A stretch of DNA of 64,000 bases, taken from positions 1,920,001 to 1,984,000 of the forward strand of contig CP051526.1 of NCBI GenBank assembly GCA_050916045.1, in the 5' to 3' direction. The stretch is from Tepidisphaera sp. (lineage in GTDB: Bacteria > Planctomycetota > Phycisphaerae > Phycisphaerales > UBA1924). Shown piece after piece: positions 18,457-28,777 of the stretch; positions within the stretch are counted from its first letter, which is position 1, and every line of letters begins with the position of its first letter. Below the pieces are notes generated by a model. It did not search any database, was not told where the DNA came from, and saw only the letters and a list, made by a program, of their open reading frames with translations. A program made the position numbers and the translations under genes.

Positions 18457-18569
18457 TCGCCGAAAGCGAAAGACCCGGGTCCCTTGGGGCTCATCGCGAG
18501 CGAAGGAGATCCCGGGGCGATCAGGTGTGCAGGGGATGGAGGGGGCGGCTTGCCCGGGCTTATCTGGGC

Positions 18570-19391
18570 TTACTTCGGCTTGCCGGCGTGCTTGACGGTG
18601 ATGCCGCCGTTGGAAGTGCTGAGGGAGGATCCTTGGCCGCTGGGCTCGAAGGTGACGGTGCCGGAGGTCTTCTTGATGTCGGTCTTGGCTCCGCCGGAGC
18701 TTTCGACGGTGACGCGGCCGTTGCTTGTGGAGAGGGTGAGGACACCGGCGAAAGTGGAGGGGGCGTCGAGCTCGATGGCGCCGTTGCTTGTCTTCGCGGT
18801 GAGCGGGCCGGTTGCGCCTTCGACAAAGTGGATGGTGATGCGGCCGTTGCTGGTCTTGGCGGTGACGGGCCCGTTGAGTTCCTTGGCTTCGATCGCGCCG
18901 TTGGAAGACTTCATCGAGAGCGAGCCCGTGTGTCCGTTGACGGTGACGCGGCCGTTGCTGGTTTCGACGGAGGCGTCGGTGGAGAAGCCGGAGATTTCGA
19001 TGGCGCCGTTGCTGGTGTCGATGGTGAGGCCGGCGGGCGCGGGGAGTGAGATTTCGAAGGAGCAGCGTTCGTTGCTGAGGGCTTTGCCCTCGGGCCAGAG
19101 GGGCTCGATCACGAAGGCGTCGCCGACGACCTCGGCTTTGATGGAGAAGGCGTCCCGGCGTTCGGCGGTCTGAAGGGCGGACTCGGCTTTGATCTCGAGT
19201 TTGTCGGACTGGGAGCGGGTAACGCGAACGGAACCGTTTCCAGTCGAGATCCGGACGGGTTTGGGGGCGTCCATGGTGGCCGTGGCCGCGACGGAGCGTT
19301 CAAACTTCGCCTGGCTGATGTTCAGGCAGCCGCCCGCGCAAAGAGCGAGAACCACCGGAACAGCAAGAAACAGCGAAAACCTCTTGTTCAT
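18570..19391 (-). CDS. DUF4097 beta-repeat lipoprotein
   Basis: Lipobox-like AGGC; repeated TSNG.I/V motifs; AGGAG SD. Confidence 0.88.
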   Translation of the reverse strand: MNKRFSLFLAVPVVLALCAGGCLNISQAKFERSVAATATMDAPKPVRISTGNGSVRVTRSQSDKLEIKAESALQTAERRDAFSIKAEVVGDAFVIEPLWPEGKALSNERCSFEISLPAPAGLTIDTSNGAIEISGFSTDASVETSNGRVTVNGHTGSLSMKSSNGAIEAKELNGPVTAKTSNGRITIHFVEGATGPLTAKTSNGAIELDAPSTFAGVLTLSTSNGRVTVESSGGAKTDIKKTSGTVTFEPSGQGSSLSTSNGGITVKHAGKPK

Positions 19392-19496
19392 GTCGTACTC
19401 CTGTGGGATGATTCGGGAACTCGCGGGGCCACTTTCATATTCTTCGGCACCGCACGCGCCAACCACGCGTACGGCTTTGCTGCGACACGGAACACT

Positions 19497-21680
19497 ATGC
19501 CCCGAACCTCGATTTCAAGCCGGAACGGTTCTTCCCGAGTCACCCCGCGGTGGCGGTACGCGACGGGCGCAGCCCTTCGATTCGAGCGGGGGTTACCCCC
19601 GGGGGTTTCCGTGGCTCGATTCCGCGACCCGCGTCACGCGGAGAGCCCGCTGGTCCCCTTCCCCGCGTACGAAACGCAGCCGGTCGAAGCGTCCGGCACG
19701 GTCGCGGCGGGCGTCAAGCCTGGGTTTGCGGATGTCGGCGGGGCTCGCCACGTTCGGGTCGCGATTGATCGCGGGACCTCGCTGTACGGGACGGGTGAGC
19801 AGGCGGGGCCGCTTTTGCGGAACGGGACGCGCAAGACCTGCTGGAATTCCGACGCGTTCGGGTACGACGACAAGACACGCTCGCTGTACCAGAGCCATCC
19901 CTGGGTGCTCGCGGTGCGGGCGGACGGGACGGCGTACGGCGTGCTTTGCGAGACGACCTGGCGGTGCGTGCTCGACTGCGCGAAGAGCGATCCTCGGGCG
20001 ATCGTGTTTGAAGCCGACGGTCCTTCGCCGGCGGTGACGATCGTGGAGGGGCCGGACGCGGCGGCGGTGGTCTCGGCGCTTGCGATGATGACGGGCACGA
20101 TGCCGATGCCGCCGATCTGGGCGCTCGGGTATCAGCAGAGCCGGTGGAGCTATGAGCCGCAGCAGCGCGTGACCGAGCTTGCGCGTGAGTTCAGGGCGCG
20201 GAAAATGCCGTGCGATGTCATCTGGCTTGACATTGATTACATGGACCGGTTCCGCTGCTTTACGTTTGACGCGGAGAAGTTCCCGGATCCCGCGGGCTTG
20301 AACGCCGAGCTTCACTCGATGGGTTTCAAAGCGGTGTGGATGATCGACCCGGGTCTTGCCGTTGATCCGGAGTATTCGGTGTACAAGCGTGGGCACGAAG
20401 CGGAGCACTTCGTGCGGACGGCTCGGGCGGAGACGGCGCCGACGAGCGTGCTCAACGACGAGACGGCCAAGCGGTGGGGGCTTTCGACGCAGCCGGCGCG
20501 GAACATCGCGGGCGGGGAGTTCCAGGGGCGGGTCTGGCCCGGGCCGTGCGCGTTCCCGGATTTCACGAGAGCTTCGGTGCGTTCGTGGTGGGCGGGCTTG
20601 TACCGCGATTACATGGCCAGGGGGATCGACGGCGTCTGGAACGATATGAACGAGCCGGCGGTCTTTGACGGGCCGGCCAAGACGATTCCGGAGCACTGTG
20701 TTCACGACGCGGACGCGGAGCTTGGCGGGCCGGGCCCGCACGCGAAGTACCACAATCTCTACGGGATGCAGATGGTGCGGGCGACGCGGGAGGGGATCGT
20801 GGCGGCGAACCCGGCCAAGCGGCCGTTCGTGCTGACGCGGGCGAGCTTTCTGGGTGGTCAGCGGTACGCGGCGACGTGGACGGGGGACAATTCCGGGACG
20901 ATCGGGCATCTGCGGTGGTCGGTCTCGATGGTGCTGAACCTCGGGCTTTCGGGCCAGCCGTTCAGCGGGCCGGACATCGGCGGGTTCGCGGGCGATGTGG
21001 ACGGGCCGACGTTCGCGCGGTGGATGGGGATCGGGGCGTTGCTGCCGTTCGCGCGTGCTCACAAGGTCAAGGATGCGGTACCGCACGAGCCGTGGTCGTT
21101 CGGGGCGGAGGTCGAAGAGAGCTGCCGCCTTGCGCTCGTGCGTCGGTACCGGCTGCTTCCGTACCTGTACACGCTGTTTGATGAAGCATCGCGGACGGGG
21201 ATGCCGATCTGTCGTCCGGTGTGGTTTGCGGATCCGTCGGACGTGCGGCTTCGCGCGGTGGACAACGCTTTCCTTCTGGGGCCGGATCTGCTGGTGGTCT
21301 GCCCGATCGACGGGCCTGGCGATGCGGGCGCGGCGGTCACGATGCCTCGGGGGGACTGGCGTGAGATCGATATCACGTCCGAGGGCGTGGTGTCGGGCCG
21401 GTCGGGGGACCAGTGGCTGCCGAGGCTTTTCGTTCGCGGCGGCGCGATCATCCCGGTGGGGCCGAGCGTGCTTCACACGGGCGAAGCGGAGGGCCGCAGG
21501 CTGACGCTGGTTGCGGCGATGGACGCGGCGGGCAACGCGAGCGGGAATCTGTACCAGGATGCGGGTGAGGGGTACGGGTACCAGCGGCAGGAGTTCAAGC
21601 GTCGCGTCATCGCGTGCCGCGCGGGCGAGCTTGAGAGCTCGCTTCGGGACGAGTTCGATCTCGTCACGATCTCGGCGTAG
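19497..21680 (+). CDS. Glycoside hydrolase family 31 (alpha-glucosidase)
   Basis: WLDIDYM, WNDMNEP nucleophile, WTGDN acid/base, GPDIGGF. Confidence 0.95.
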   Translation: MPRTSISSRNGSSRVTPRWRYATGAALRFERGLPPGVSVARFRDPRHAESPLVPFPAYETQPVEASGTVAAGVKPGFADVGGARHVRVAIDRGTSLYGTGEQAGPLLRNGTRKTCWNSDAFGYDDKTRSLYQSHPWVLAVRADGTAYGVLCETTWRCVLDCAKSDPRAIVFEADGPSPAVTIVEGPDAAAVVSALAMMTGTMPMPPIWALGYQQSRWSYEPQQRVTELAREFRARKMPCDVIWLDIDYMDRFRCFTFDAEKFPDPAGLNAELHSMGFKAVWMIDPGLAVDPEYSVYKRGHEAEHFVRTARAETAPTSVLNDETAKRWGLSTQPARNIAGGEFQGRVWPGPCAFPDFTRASVRSWWAGLYRDYMARGIDGVWNDMNEPAVFDGPAKTIPEHCVHDADAELGGPGPHAKYHNLYGMQMVRATREGIVAANPAKRPFVLTRASFLGGQRYAATWTGDNSGTIGHLRWSVSMVLNLGLSGQPFSGPDIGGFAGDVDGPTFARWMGIGALLPFARAHKVKDAVPHEPWSFGAEVEESCRLALVRRYRLLPYLYTLFDEASRTGMPICRPVWFADPSDVRLRAVDNAFLLGPDLLVVCPIDGPGDAGAAVTMPRGDWREIDITSEGVVSGRSGDQWLPRLFVRGGAIIPVGPSVLHTGEAEGRRLTLVAAMDAAGNASGNLYQDAGEGYGYQRQEFKRRVIACRAGELESSLRDEFDLVTISA

Positions 21681-21770
21681 GTCACCATGCACCCATCACG
21701 GGCGTGAACGCGGCGTCTCTCGGGGTTGAGAGATGGCTCGCGAGGCTGATCATGCGCCGCGGCGGGGACT

Positions 21771-23873
21771 TCAGCCGCCTGCGGCTTCCTTTTCGCCCGC
21801 TCGCTTGAAGCTGAGTGAGGACTTCAGGGCTTCGAGGGTGAAGGGGGATCGGCTGATCCAGTCGTCGAACCTGCCGAGTTCGTTCTGCCTCGCGGTGTTG
21901 AGGATGTTCGTGTCGAGCATGCGGACACGTTCGACGGTGACGGGCGAGACCCTCTCGATGCGGGCGACGACGGCGGAAAGCGAGCCGGGGAGCGGCATCC
22001 AGACGGTGCGGTCGGGGGTGGGCTGACCGGTGATCGGGGCTCGGGCGTCGAGCGCGGAAGCTTTGGCCGCGACGGCTTCGCGGAAAGCGGGGACGTCGAG
22101 CGGGGTGAGGTCTGCGCCGGAGAAGCCGCCGCTTCGGATGCTGTCGGTGGAGACCAGGAGATTGCGCTGGATCTCGACGGGAGCGGTCTGGGTCACGGAG
22201 ACGGTGGCGGAGTCGGCGAGGTTGAAGACGCTGGTGGCGGCTTCGAGGCCTCCGGTGAGGGAGGCGGCGCCGGCTTTTTCGATCTCTTCCTTGAGGAGTT
22301 CGAAGGCGCGGATGCGTTTGATGTCGGTGACGACCTGGGTGCGGACCTCGTCGAGGGATTCGGGCTCGCCGGCGGGTCGAGCGGCGGTGAAACGGAAGTA
22401 GTAGTGGTTTCCGGTGCGGTCGGAAACGGTGCGGTCAAAGACGGGAATGACGCCGACCTGGACGGGGAGGGTGCTCGTGCCTCCGGGCAGTTCGCGGACG
22501 CTCATGGCGAGGGTGTCGAAGGGGATGGAGCGGCTTCCGTCGGCGATGGCGGCGGCGCCGATGCCGGAAAGGGCGCGCACGGCGGCGATGTCGAGCCAGG
22601 CGGTCTCGGGGTTGACGATGGGGGTTTCGATCTCGACGGGCGACTGCCAGCGTTCGTAGTCGTCCGGGGTGGAGGTCTCGGACTTGACGGCGGCGGCGAG
22701 CTCGGCGGCGAGCTTGTCCATGGGGAGGGAGGATTCGCGCCAGTTGGCGGGAAGGGCGCGGTACTTGCCATCGGCGGCGAGGGCGCGGGTGGCTTCACCG
22801 GCGAGTTCGCGGAAGCGGATGTCGGCGAGCTTGATGATCTCTTCGGCGTACTCGTTGCGGAGGCTTTGCTCGAAGTCGGCGCGTTTTTCGTTGAAAGCGG
22901 CGGTGGTTCCGCTGGGGTTCTGGCGGTCCCAGCGTTCGCGGACGTGGGCCGGGAGAAGCTTGATGACGGAAGCGACCTTGGCTTTGTTGATCTCGACCCA
23001 TTCGAGCTTGACGCGGTCGGGCTTGCGGTAGCCGATGCCGAACTCACCGGTGCCGCTGGCGACGTTCTTGTACTTTTCGTAGTGGGCGACGACCTCTTCG
23101 GGCGTGGGATCGGGGACGCGGCTTGCGAGGCGTTCGGCGCCGACGAGGACGTAGTCGACGCCGGAGCTTTCGCCGAAGCGGCGGGCGGTGGCGATGACGC
23201 GGCGGTCGGACATGCGGGCGGTGCCGATGTAGTTTTCGTACATGCGGACGATTCCGCGATAGACGGCGAGGGCCTGCTCCATCTGGTCCTCGCGCAGGCC
23301 GGAGGCTCGCATGATCTCCTCGCGGAGCGCGGGGAGGGACTGCGTGCGTGCTGCGTCGAAGTAGAGCTGGCGGGCGGTCTCACGTTTGGCGAGCTCTTCG
23401 GCGGGGACGCCGACGGGGCTCTGGAAGGACATCATGAAGTCCATCGCGCGGGTGGAAGCGGCACCGCCGGACTCCATGTCACGCATGGCGATCTTGGCGG
23501 CGAGCACGTCGAGGGTGCGCTCGAAGATCTCGTCGGCGTCGGCTTTCCCGCCGATGAGGCCCTGTCGCTGGGCGAGTTCGGAGAGGAGGAAGAAGTGCTC
23601 GGATGATTCACAGCCGAACTGTGCGAGGGGCGTGATGACGGGGGGCTGCCCGGGGATGAAGGTGCGTTCGACGAGCGTGTTGATGGCTCGGTACTGGAAG
23701 GTGGCGGTGTCCCACTCCTTGCCGCGGACCTTTCGGCCGTCCATCGTGGCTTCCACGCGGCGTTCGGGATTGGACATGCGGGAGAGGCCGTCTGGGAGGA
23801 GCCACGCCACCATGAGGAGCGTGCCGCCGCCGACCATGATCCACTTCTGGTTTCTCTTAATGAACTTGTTCAT
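21771..23873 (-). CDS. Membrane-anchored periplasmic protein, SurA/PpiD-like
   Basis: Basic N-terminus plus TM; PTPEEVVAHYEKYK...PDRVKLEWV and P.SLDEVR.QV..D segments resemble PpiD. Confidence 0.55.
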   Translation of the reverse strand: MNKFIKRNQKWIMVGGGTLLMVAWLLPDGLSRMSNPERRVEATMDGRKVRGKEWDTATFQYRAINTLVERTFIPGQPPVITPLAQFGCESSEHFFLLSELAQRQGLIGGKADADEIFERTLDVLAAKIAMRDMESGGAASTRAMDFMMSFQSPVGVPAEELAKRETARQLYFDAARTQSLPALREEIMRASGLREDQMEQALAVYRGIVRMYENYIGTARMSDRRVIATARRFGESSGVDYVLVGAERLASRVPDPTPEEVVAHYEKYKNVASGTGEFGIGYRKPDRVKLEWVEINKAKVASVIKLLPAHVRERWDRQNPSGTTAAFNEKRADFEQSLRNEYAEEIIKLADIRFRELAGEATRALAADGKYRALPANWRESSLPMDKLAAELAAAVKSETSTPDDYERWQSPVEIETPIVNPETAWLDIAAVRALSGIGAAAIADGSRSIPFDTLAMSVRELPGGTSTLPVQVGVIPVFDRTVSDRTGNHYYFRFTAARPAGEPESLDEVRTQVVTDIKRIRAFELLKEEIEKAGAASLTGGLEAATSVFNLADSATVSVTQTAPVEIQRNLLVSTDSIRSGGFSGADLTPLDVPAFREAVAAKASALDARAPITGQPTPDRTVWMPLPGSLSAVVARIERVSPVTVERVRMLDTNILNTARQNELGRFDDWISRSPFTLEALKSSLSFKRAGEKEAAGG

Positions 23874-24009
23874 CGCGATCCTCGCGGCGTCAAAGCCCGC
23901 CACCGTGCTTGCGAAAGGCGGATTGTAGACAAACGCCCGGGATGAGCCCGCGAGCCCGCAGAGGGCGTGCGTGCTCATCCCGGGCGCGGGATGGTCAACT
24001 GGGAATCAC

Positions 24010-24609
24010 TTAGCGGTAGAACTCGACGATCAGGTTCGGGTTACACTCGAAGGGGATCTGATCGGTCGTGGGCGTGCCGACGATGCGGACGCTGAACTCG
24101 GAGGGGTTCATCTCGAGCCAGTCGGCGATCTCGTGGCCGGGGAGGCTTTCGAGGCTGTCCTTGGCGAGCTTCTGCGACTTCTCGCGGACGGTGATGACGT
24201 CACCGACCTCGACGCGGGTGCTGGGGCGGTCGGCTTTGTGGCCGTTGACCTTCACGTGGCCGTGGACGACGAGCTGGCGAGCGGCCCAGATCGTGCGGGC
24301 GAGGCCGGCGCGGCGGACGACGTTGTCCAAGCGGCGCTCGAGGAGCTGGAGGAGCACGTCGCCGGTGTTGCCCGGGCGGCGGCCGGCTTCAGCGAGCATC
24401 CGGCGGAACTGGGCTTCCTGGACGCAGTAGTGGTACTTGACCTTCTGCTTCTCGTTGAGACGGATGCCGTAAGCGCGGAGGCGGCGGCCGCGGAAGCCGT
24501 GCATGCCCGGGAAGACGAGCGAGCGCTTGCTGGTGTGCTTGGGGTTGTCGGCGATGGGAACGCCGACACGACGCGAGAGCTTGAGTTTGGGACCGGTGTA
24601 ACGAGCCAT
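24010..24609 (-). CDS. rpsD: 30S ribosomal protein S4
   Basis: MARYTGPK, EKQK, LERRLDNVV, ARQLVVHGH, LIVEFY. Confidence 0.97.
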   Translation of the reverse strand: MARYTGPKLKLSRRVGVPIADNPKHTSKRSLVFPGMHGFRGRRLRAYGIRLNEKQKVKYHYCVQEAQFRRMLAEAGRRPGNTGDVLLQLLERRLDNVVRRAGLARTIWAARQLVVHGHVKVNGHKADRPSTRVEVGDVITVREKSQKLAKDSLESLPGHEIADWLEMNPSEFSVRIVGTPTTDQIPFECNPNLIVEFYR

Positions 24610-24623
24610 GAAATTCTCCGTCT

Positions 24624-24695
24624 CTTGGACTCTTGTGAGACCCGGTTCGGAGAACCGCGCCACCAGAGAGCCCAAGGTGTCGGCTTTTCGCCGAC
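24624..24695 (-). promoter_or_regulatory. Structured 5' leader of rpsD (candidate ribosomal-protein leader)
   Basis: Hairpin at 24679-24695; 10-bp stem 24624-24633/24667-24676 enclosing hairpin 24643-24657. Confidence 0.5.
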
Positions 24696-24809
24696 GATCA
24701 GGCCGGTGGACCGAGACTTCGGGCCGGCGGGGTGATCCGGTCCCCAACCACCGCACAGCGCGGGGGATGGGGCCTAGGGGGGTAATCAAAGGCAGGGTGA
24801 TGGTCGGGG

Positions 24810-26075
24810 TCAACTGGGCGGGCAGGTTAACCGAGCGGGAACCGAACCGGCAGAAACCAATTGAGGTAACTGGGCCGCCGAAAGCAACCCCGTCTTCGCA
24901 CCCACGAGCGACAGGAGCATCTCGCGGCGCACGGGGCCGAAGCGGCACATCGGGCCCATCACCGCGTCGCGGAGCGGAGCGAGCCACTCCTCGTCGGACT
25001 GAAAGATCGGCGTGAGCCAGCGCGAAGCGAGGTGGTAGAAGCGGGTTTGGCTGCGGCGGGCTTGCTCGTAGGTGCGGAGCGATTCCGCGAGCGGGCGGTG
25101 CGTTCGCTCGCCTTCGATGATGGCTTGCGCGAGGGCGGAAGCGTCGAGGAGCGCGAGGTTGGCGCCCTGGCCGAGCTGCGGGCTCATCGCGTGCGCGGCG
25201 TCGCCGATGAAGGCGACGCGGTGGGCGATGGGGGAGGTGAGCACGACGTCGTGGTACGCGGCGGTGATGAGCTGGTCGGTCGAGGTGAGCTGATCCATGA
25301 GCGGAGCGGCTCGCGGCTCGAGCGAGAGGACGCGCTCGCGGAAGGCGGCAAGGCCGGCGGCGCGGAGCGAGGGTTCATCGGCGAGACGCAGGCTCCAGAA
25401 GAGGCTGATGCGACGGGGCGAAGCAGGGTTCAAGCGGCCGGAAGGGAGGAAGCCGAGCATCGTGCCCGTGCCGTCGTACACCTGCGAGAGCGTGTCCGTG
25501 AAGTCGGGCGGGAGGTTGCCGGGGTCATCCGCGATGAACCAGAGGGCGCCGAAGGGGTAGCGAGCGTGGTGCTTGGTGATGCCGAGAGCGTCGCGGACGG
25601 CGGAGCGTGCGCCGTCGCAGAAGACGAGCAGGTCGAAGGGGCCGTGCTCGCGGCCGGCGGCGTCGATGGCGATGGGGGCGGACTGGATCTGGTCGACCGC
25701 GGTGATGGCGATGCCGGTCTTGATCGTGACGCCCGAAGCGGTCGCGGTCTGCAGGAGGTGGGTGAGGAGGAGGCCGCGCTGGACGCCGAGGCCGAACGCG
25801 GTGGGGGCGAGGTCGGCGTAGGCGAGCTTGAGGACGGGCTTGCCGCGGGGCGTGAGGCCGGAGAGACGGCGGATGATCGAGCCGCAGTCGATGATGCTTG
25901 CGGCGATGCCGAGCTCATCGAGGACGGCGAGTCCGGAGGGCTGGAGAAGGAGGCCGGCGCCGACGGGGCTCAGCGAGGGGGCGCGCTCGAGGATGGTGAC
26001 GTGGTGACCCGCTCGCGCGAGCAGCGTCGCGAGAGCGGGCCCGGCCGTACCACAACCGACGATGCCGACGCGCAT
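24810..26075 (-). CDS. FAD-dependent monooxygenase (UbiH/PHBH-like)
   Basis: GCGTAG, CDGARS, IGDAAHAMSPQLGQGAN. Confidence 0.92.
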   Translation of the reverse strand: MRVGIVGCGTAGPALATLLARAGHHVTILERAPSLSPVGAGLLLQPSGLAVLDELGIAASIIDCGSIIRRLSGLTPRGKPVLKLAYADLAPTAFGLGVQRGLLLTHLLQTATASGVTIKTGIAITAVDQIQSAPIAIDAAGREHGPFDLLVFCDGARSAVRDALGITKHHARYPFGALWFIADDPGNLPPDFTDTLSQVYDGTGTMLGFLPSGRLNPASPRRISLFWSLRLADEPSLRAAGLAAFRERVLSLEPRAAPLMDQLTSTDQLITAAYHDVVLTSPIAHRVAFIGDAAHAMSPQLGQGANLALLDASALAQAIIEGERTHRPLAESLRTYEQARRSQTRFYHLASRWLTPIFQSDEEWLAPLRDAVMGPMCRFGPVRREMLLSLVGAKTGLLSAAQLPQLVSAGSVPARLTCPPS

Positions 26076-26144
26076 GAGATGTGATCCTACACGATTTCTC
26101 GTCGCCTGCCGCGGCCCTCGGTGCAGGGTCGTTCATCCTCGCGA

Positions 26145-26876
26145 TCAGATCGCTTGGTTCGCGTCGGGGTGGTAGTGCAGCGGATACAGCACGGCATCCT
26201 CGGCGACGTTGTCGATCGAATCGATGCCCGCGAAACGACACACTCCTCCGAGAACATCGGGCCCGTCCGCGATAAGCCTTCTGCCCCAATCCCTGATGTC
26301 CTGGGCCCATGGCGTGTCCATGACGCTGTCTCCGTCGTGGGTCCACCAGACGACGTTGCCCGCCATCGGTCCGCGCAGCACGAGAAGCCAGCGATCAGGG
26401 CTGAAGTTCGGTCCGGCAAAGGGGATCACATCGTCGAAGGTGTAGGGAAGATCGCTGAACGCGGCTTCGATGCCATCGAAGAACCACTCGGCCAGTTCTT
26501 CGCGGATCGCGGACCATTCGTGAGGGGGATAGACGAGAAGCGAGCCGAGGCAGGCTTGGTACGACGGGTCGTGGAGCTTGTCGCCGCGTTGCAGGCGATC
26601 GATCAGCCGTGAGGCTGTGAACAAGCCGACCCCAACTTCATCATCGATGACGGCTCGGAGCTGACGAACGCTTTCGATGTCGGGGAGGGATGCGAGGGCC
26701 GCGGCGCCGGCTCCGGGGCTGGGTTCGACATCTGAGGTGCGTTCGAGTTGTCGATGAAGAAGCGGGACGCGATATCGAGCGGGGTCCGGCTTTGCTTTGC
26801 GATCGTAGAGCAACCGTTCACACACGAAACACGGAGCGGGATCGAGAATCCAAGGCCAGATGTCGCGTGCGTTCAT
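26145..26876 (-). CDS. Hypothetical protein, possible SUKH/SMI1-like C-terminal domain
   Basis: IPFA...DRWLLVL.GP.AG.VVWWTHD...WAQDIRDW pattern. Confidence 0.55.
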   Translation of the reverse strand: MNARDIWPWILDPAPCFVCERLLYDRKAKPDPARYRVPLLHRQLERTSDVEPSPGAGAAALASLPDIESVRQLRAVIDDEVGVGLFTASRLIDRLQRGDKLHDPSYQACLGSLLVYPPHEWSAIREELAEWFFDGIEAAFSDLPYTFDDVIPFAGPNFSPDRWLLVLRGPMAGNVVWWTHDGDSVMDTPWAQDIRDWGRRLIADGPDVLGGVCRFAGIDSIDNVAEDAVLYPLHYHPDANQAI

Positions 26877-26964
26877 GCGAAAGAGGATACCAGAAACGCG
26901 GACTGAAAGAGGTGAAGTGTGCTTGAAGGTTGGTGCGGCGAATGGAAGCCCCGCGATGAAAGGC

Positions 26965-26991
26965 AAGGGCGTCGCTTGTCGCGACGCCCTT
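26965..26991 (-). terminator. Hairpin downstream of the PEP-CTERM gene
   Basis: AAGGGCGTCGC-TTGTC-GCGACGCCCTT, perfect 11-bp stem. Confidence 0.6.
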
Positions 26992-27025
26992 GATCGAAAG
27001 CGATGATGGATGGGTGAGCGGGCGT

Positions 27026-27688
27026 TTACCGCTTGCGGCGGAGGCCGGCGAGGCCGCTGAGGCCGAGGATGGCGAGCGAGCCGGGCGTGGGGACGGCGGT
27101 GCGGAAGATGAGCATTTCGCCCGCGCCCGAGCCGCCGTGGAGCGGGTCGGCGTCTTCCTGGCTACCCAGCCACATCCAGCGGGCGTTGGGGCTGATGCCG
27201 GCGATCGTGCCCCAGGGCTGGGCACCGTTGGGATCGCCGACGAAGGGGTTCTGCCAGAGGTTGTTGGCGTCCGCGAAGCCGACGTGGCCGGCGATCTCGC
27301 CGGTCAGCGGGTGCGGGTCGCCATCGCCGCGGTTGAGGTCGGTGCGGTAGACCTGCCAGCGGGGGTCGCCGCTCATGATCGAGCCCAGCGAGGTGGTGTG
27401 CAGGTCGGCGAGCAGGCCCTGAGCGACGGCGTCGTCGGACCAAGCGGCGATGTAGATGAAGTCGCCGGCTTCGAAGCTGTAGGACTCGGCGTTCGACCAG
27501 TTGTAGCCGCCGGTGCTACCGCCTGCGCCAAGTTCGTTGCCGCCGTGGTAGAAGAAGGCGCTGGCGGTCGAGGAGTAGACGGCGTAGTGGTTGTCGGCGG
27601 TGACGTGGCCGGTGACGAGGTCGGCGTGGGCGGCGGCGCCGCAAGCCGCCGTGATGGTCGCCGCGAAGATGGTCTTGAGATTGTTCAT
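27026..27688 (-). CDS. PEP-CTERM-type sorting-signal protein
   Basis: Signal peptide (AHA-D); C-terminal VPTPGSLAILGLSGLAGLRRKR; AAGGAG SD. Confidence 0.9.
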   Translation of the reverse strand: MNNLKTIFAATITAACGAAAHADLVTGHVTADNHYAVYSSTASAFFYHGGNELGAGGSTGGYNWSNAESYSFEAGDFIYIAAWSDDAVAQGLLADLHTTSLGSIMSGDPRWQVYRTDLNRGDGDPHPLTGEIAGHVGFADANNLWQNPFVGDPNGAQPWGTIAGISPNARWMWLGSQEDADPLHGGSGAGEMLIFRTAVPTPGSLAILGLSGLAGLRRKR

Positions 27689-27928
27689 GCCTGTCTCCTT
27701 TGTGGACGCGAGCGTGGCCGCTTGCGTCGGTAGGGGAGCATGCCACAGATCTGTCTCGCGGCGCGGGAAACGTGCGTCTCGCGGGCCGGCCTGACGCCGC
27801 GGGCGACGTCCTCAGCGGGTTTGCCACGTGCGCGGCGGGGTTCTCAGACCGGGCGACGCGTTGAGGTCCGATCACATCCCGAGGGGGCCTCATGCAACGG
27901 CATCGACGCAGATCCGTATCATGAGGCA

Positions 27929-28636
27929 ATGAGCGGTACGACGGTGGAGGGCCCGGCCAGCGGCGCGACGGTCACTCCCGTCGCCGGGGAACTCTGTCCC
28001 TTCTGCGGCTACGCGCCGGGTTGCGAGCGTGCGGACCGGTGTCCAGAGTGCGGTCGTGAGCTTGGACGGAGCGCCGAGGTGCTGCGGCGGTTTCGGCGGC
28101 GGCTTGCATGGCGAGCGTCGGACTCCGCCGGGCGCATGCGAGTCGCCAAGTCGATTGTTTTGGTCCTCGCGCTGCTCCTCTCGCTGTTGACGGGTAGCGT
28201 GGAGGTCATGGTTTTGGTTGTCCTTGCGATCGGCATGGTGGTGGGAGCGGGAGCGGTGTTCGGCCCTTTGACTGGAGTGTTCGCCAAGCCGCACGAGCGC
28301 GAAGTCGTCACGTCGGTCTGGCGACGCAATGAGGGATGGCTGCACGTTCCGTGGGTGCTTGCGCCGCTCGCATGGCTCCCGCATGCGATTCTGATTCATG
28401 CGGAAGTCAAACCGCTCGTCCAGTTCATAGTGGCGGTGGTCTATCTGTCGGGGCCGCTGTGGCTCTACGCGCAGTGGCTTGCCAGGATGCTCGGGGATGG
28501 TCGCCGGGCGAGCGTGGGGACGTCAAAATCGCGTCTGGTCGCTGGCATGAGCGGGCTTGTGCTGGTGGGAATGGCGACGGTGCTGGGGTTGGGTGTGATT
28601 CTGCTGGGGATGGTCGTTTTCGGCGGCATCGGGTAA
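27929..28636 (+). CDS. Membrane protein with N-terminal CxxC...CPEC zinc ribbon
   Basis: CPFCGY...CPECG followed by several TM helices. Confidence 0.7.
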   Translation: MSGTTVEGPASGATVTPVAGELCPFCGYAPGCERADRCPECGRELGRSAEVLRRFRRRLAWRASDSAGRMRVAKSIVLVLALLLSLLTGSVEVMVLVVLAIGMVVGAGAVFGPLTGVFAKPHEREVVTSVWRRNEGWLHVPWVLAPLAWLPHAILIHAEVKPLVQFIVAVVYLSGPLWLYAQWLARMLGDGRRASVGTSKSRLVAGMSGLVLVGMATVLGLGVILLGMVVFGGIG

Positions 28637-28777
28637 AGGCTGCGCGGGTGGTCGGCCGGGATTCACGTGGTGAAACGGTCGGGTTCGCGTCCTACCATCC
28701 CGCCCGATCGACCCACAGGTTTGTCGCCTCTGGGCTTGTTTATCGACGTTTGACGAAAGAAGAAGGAGATTTAGACC

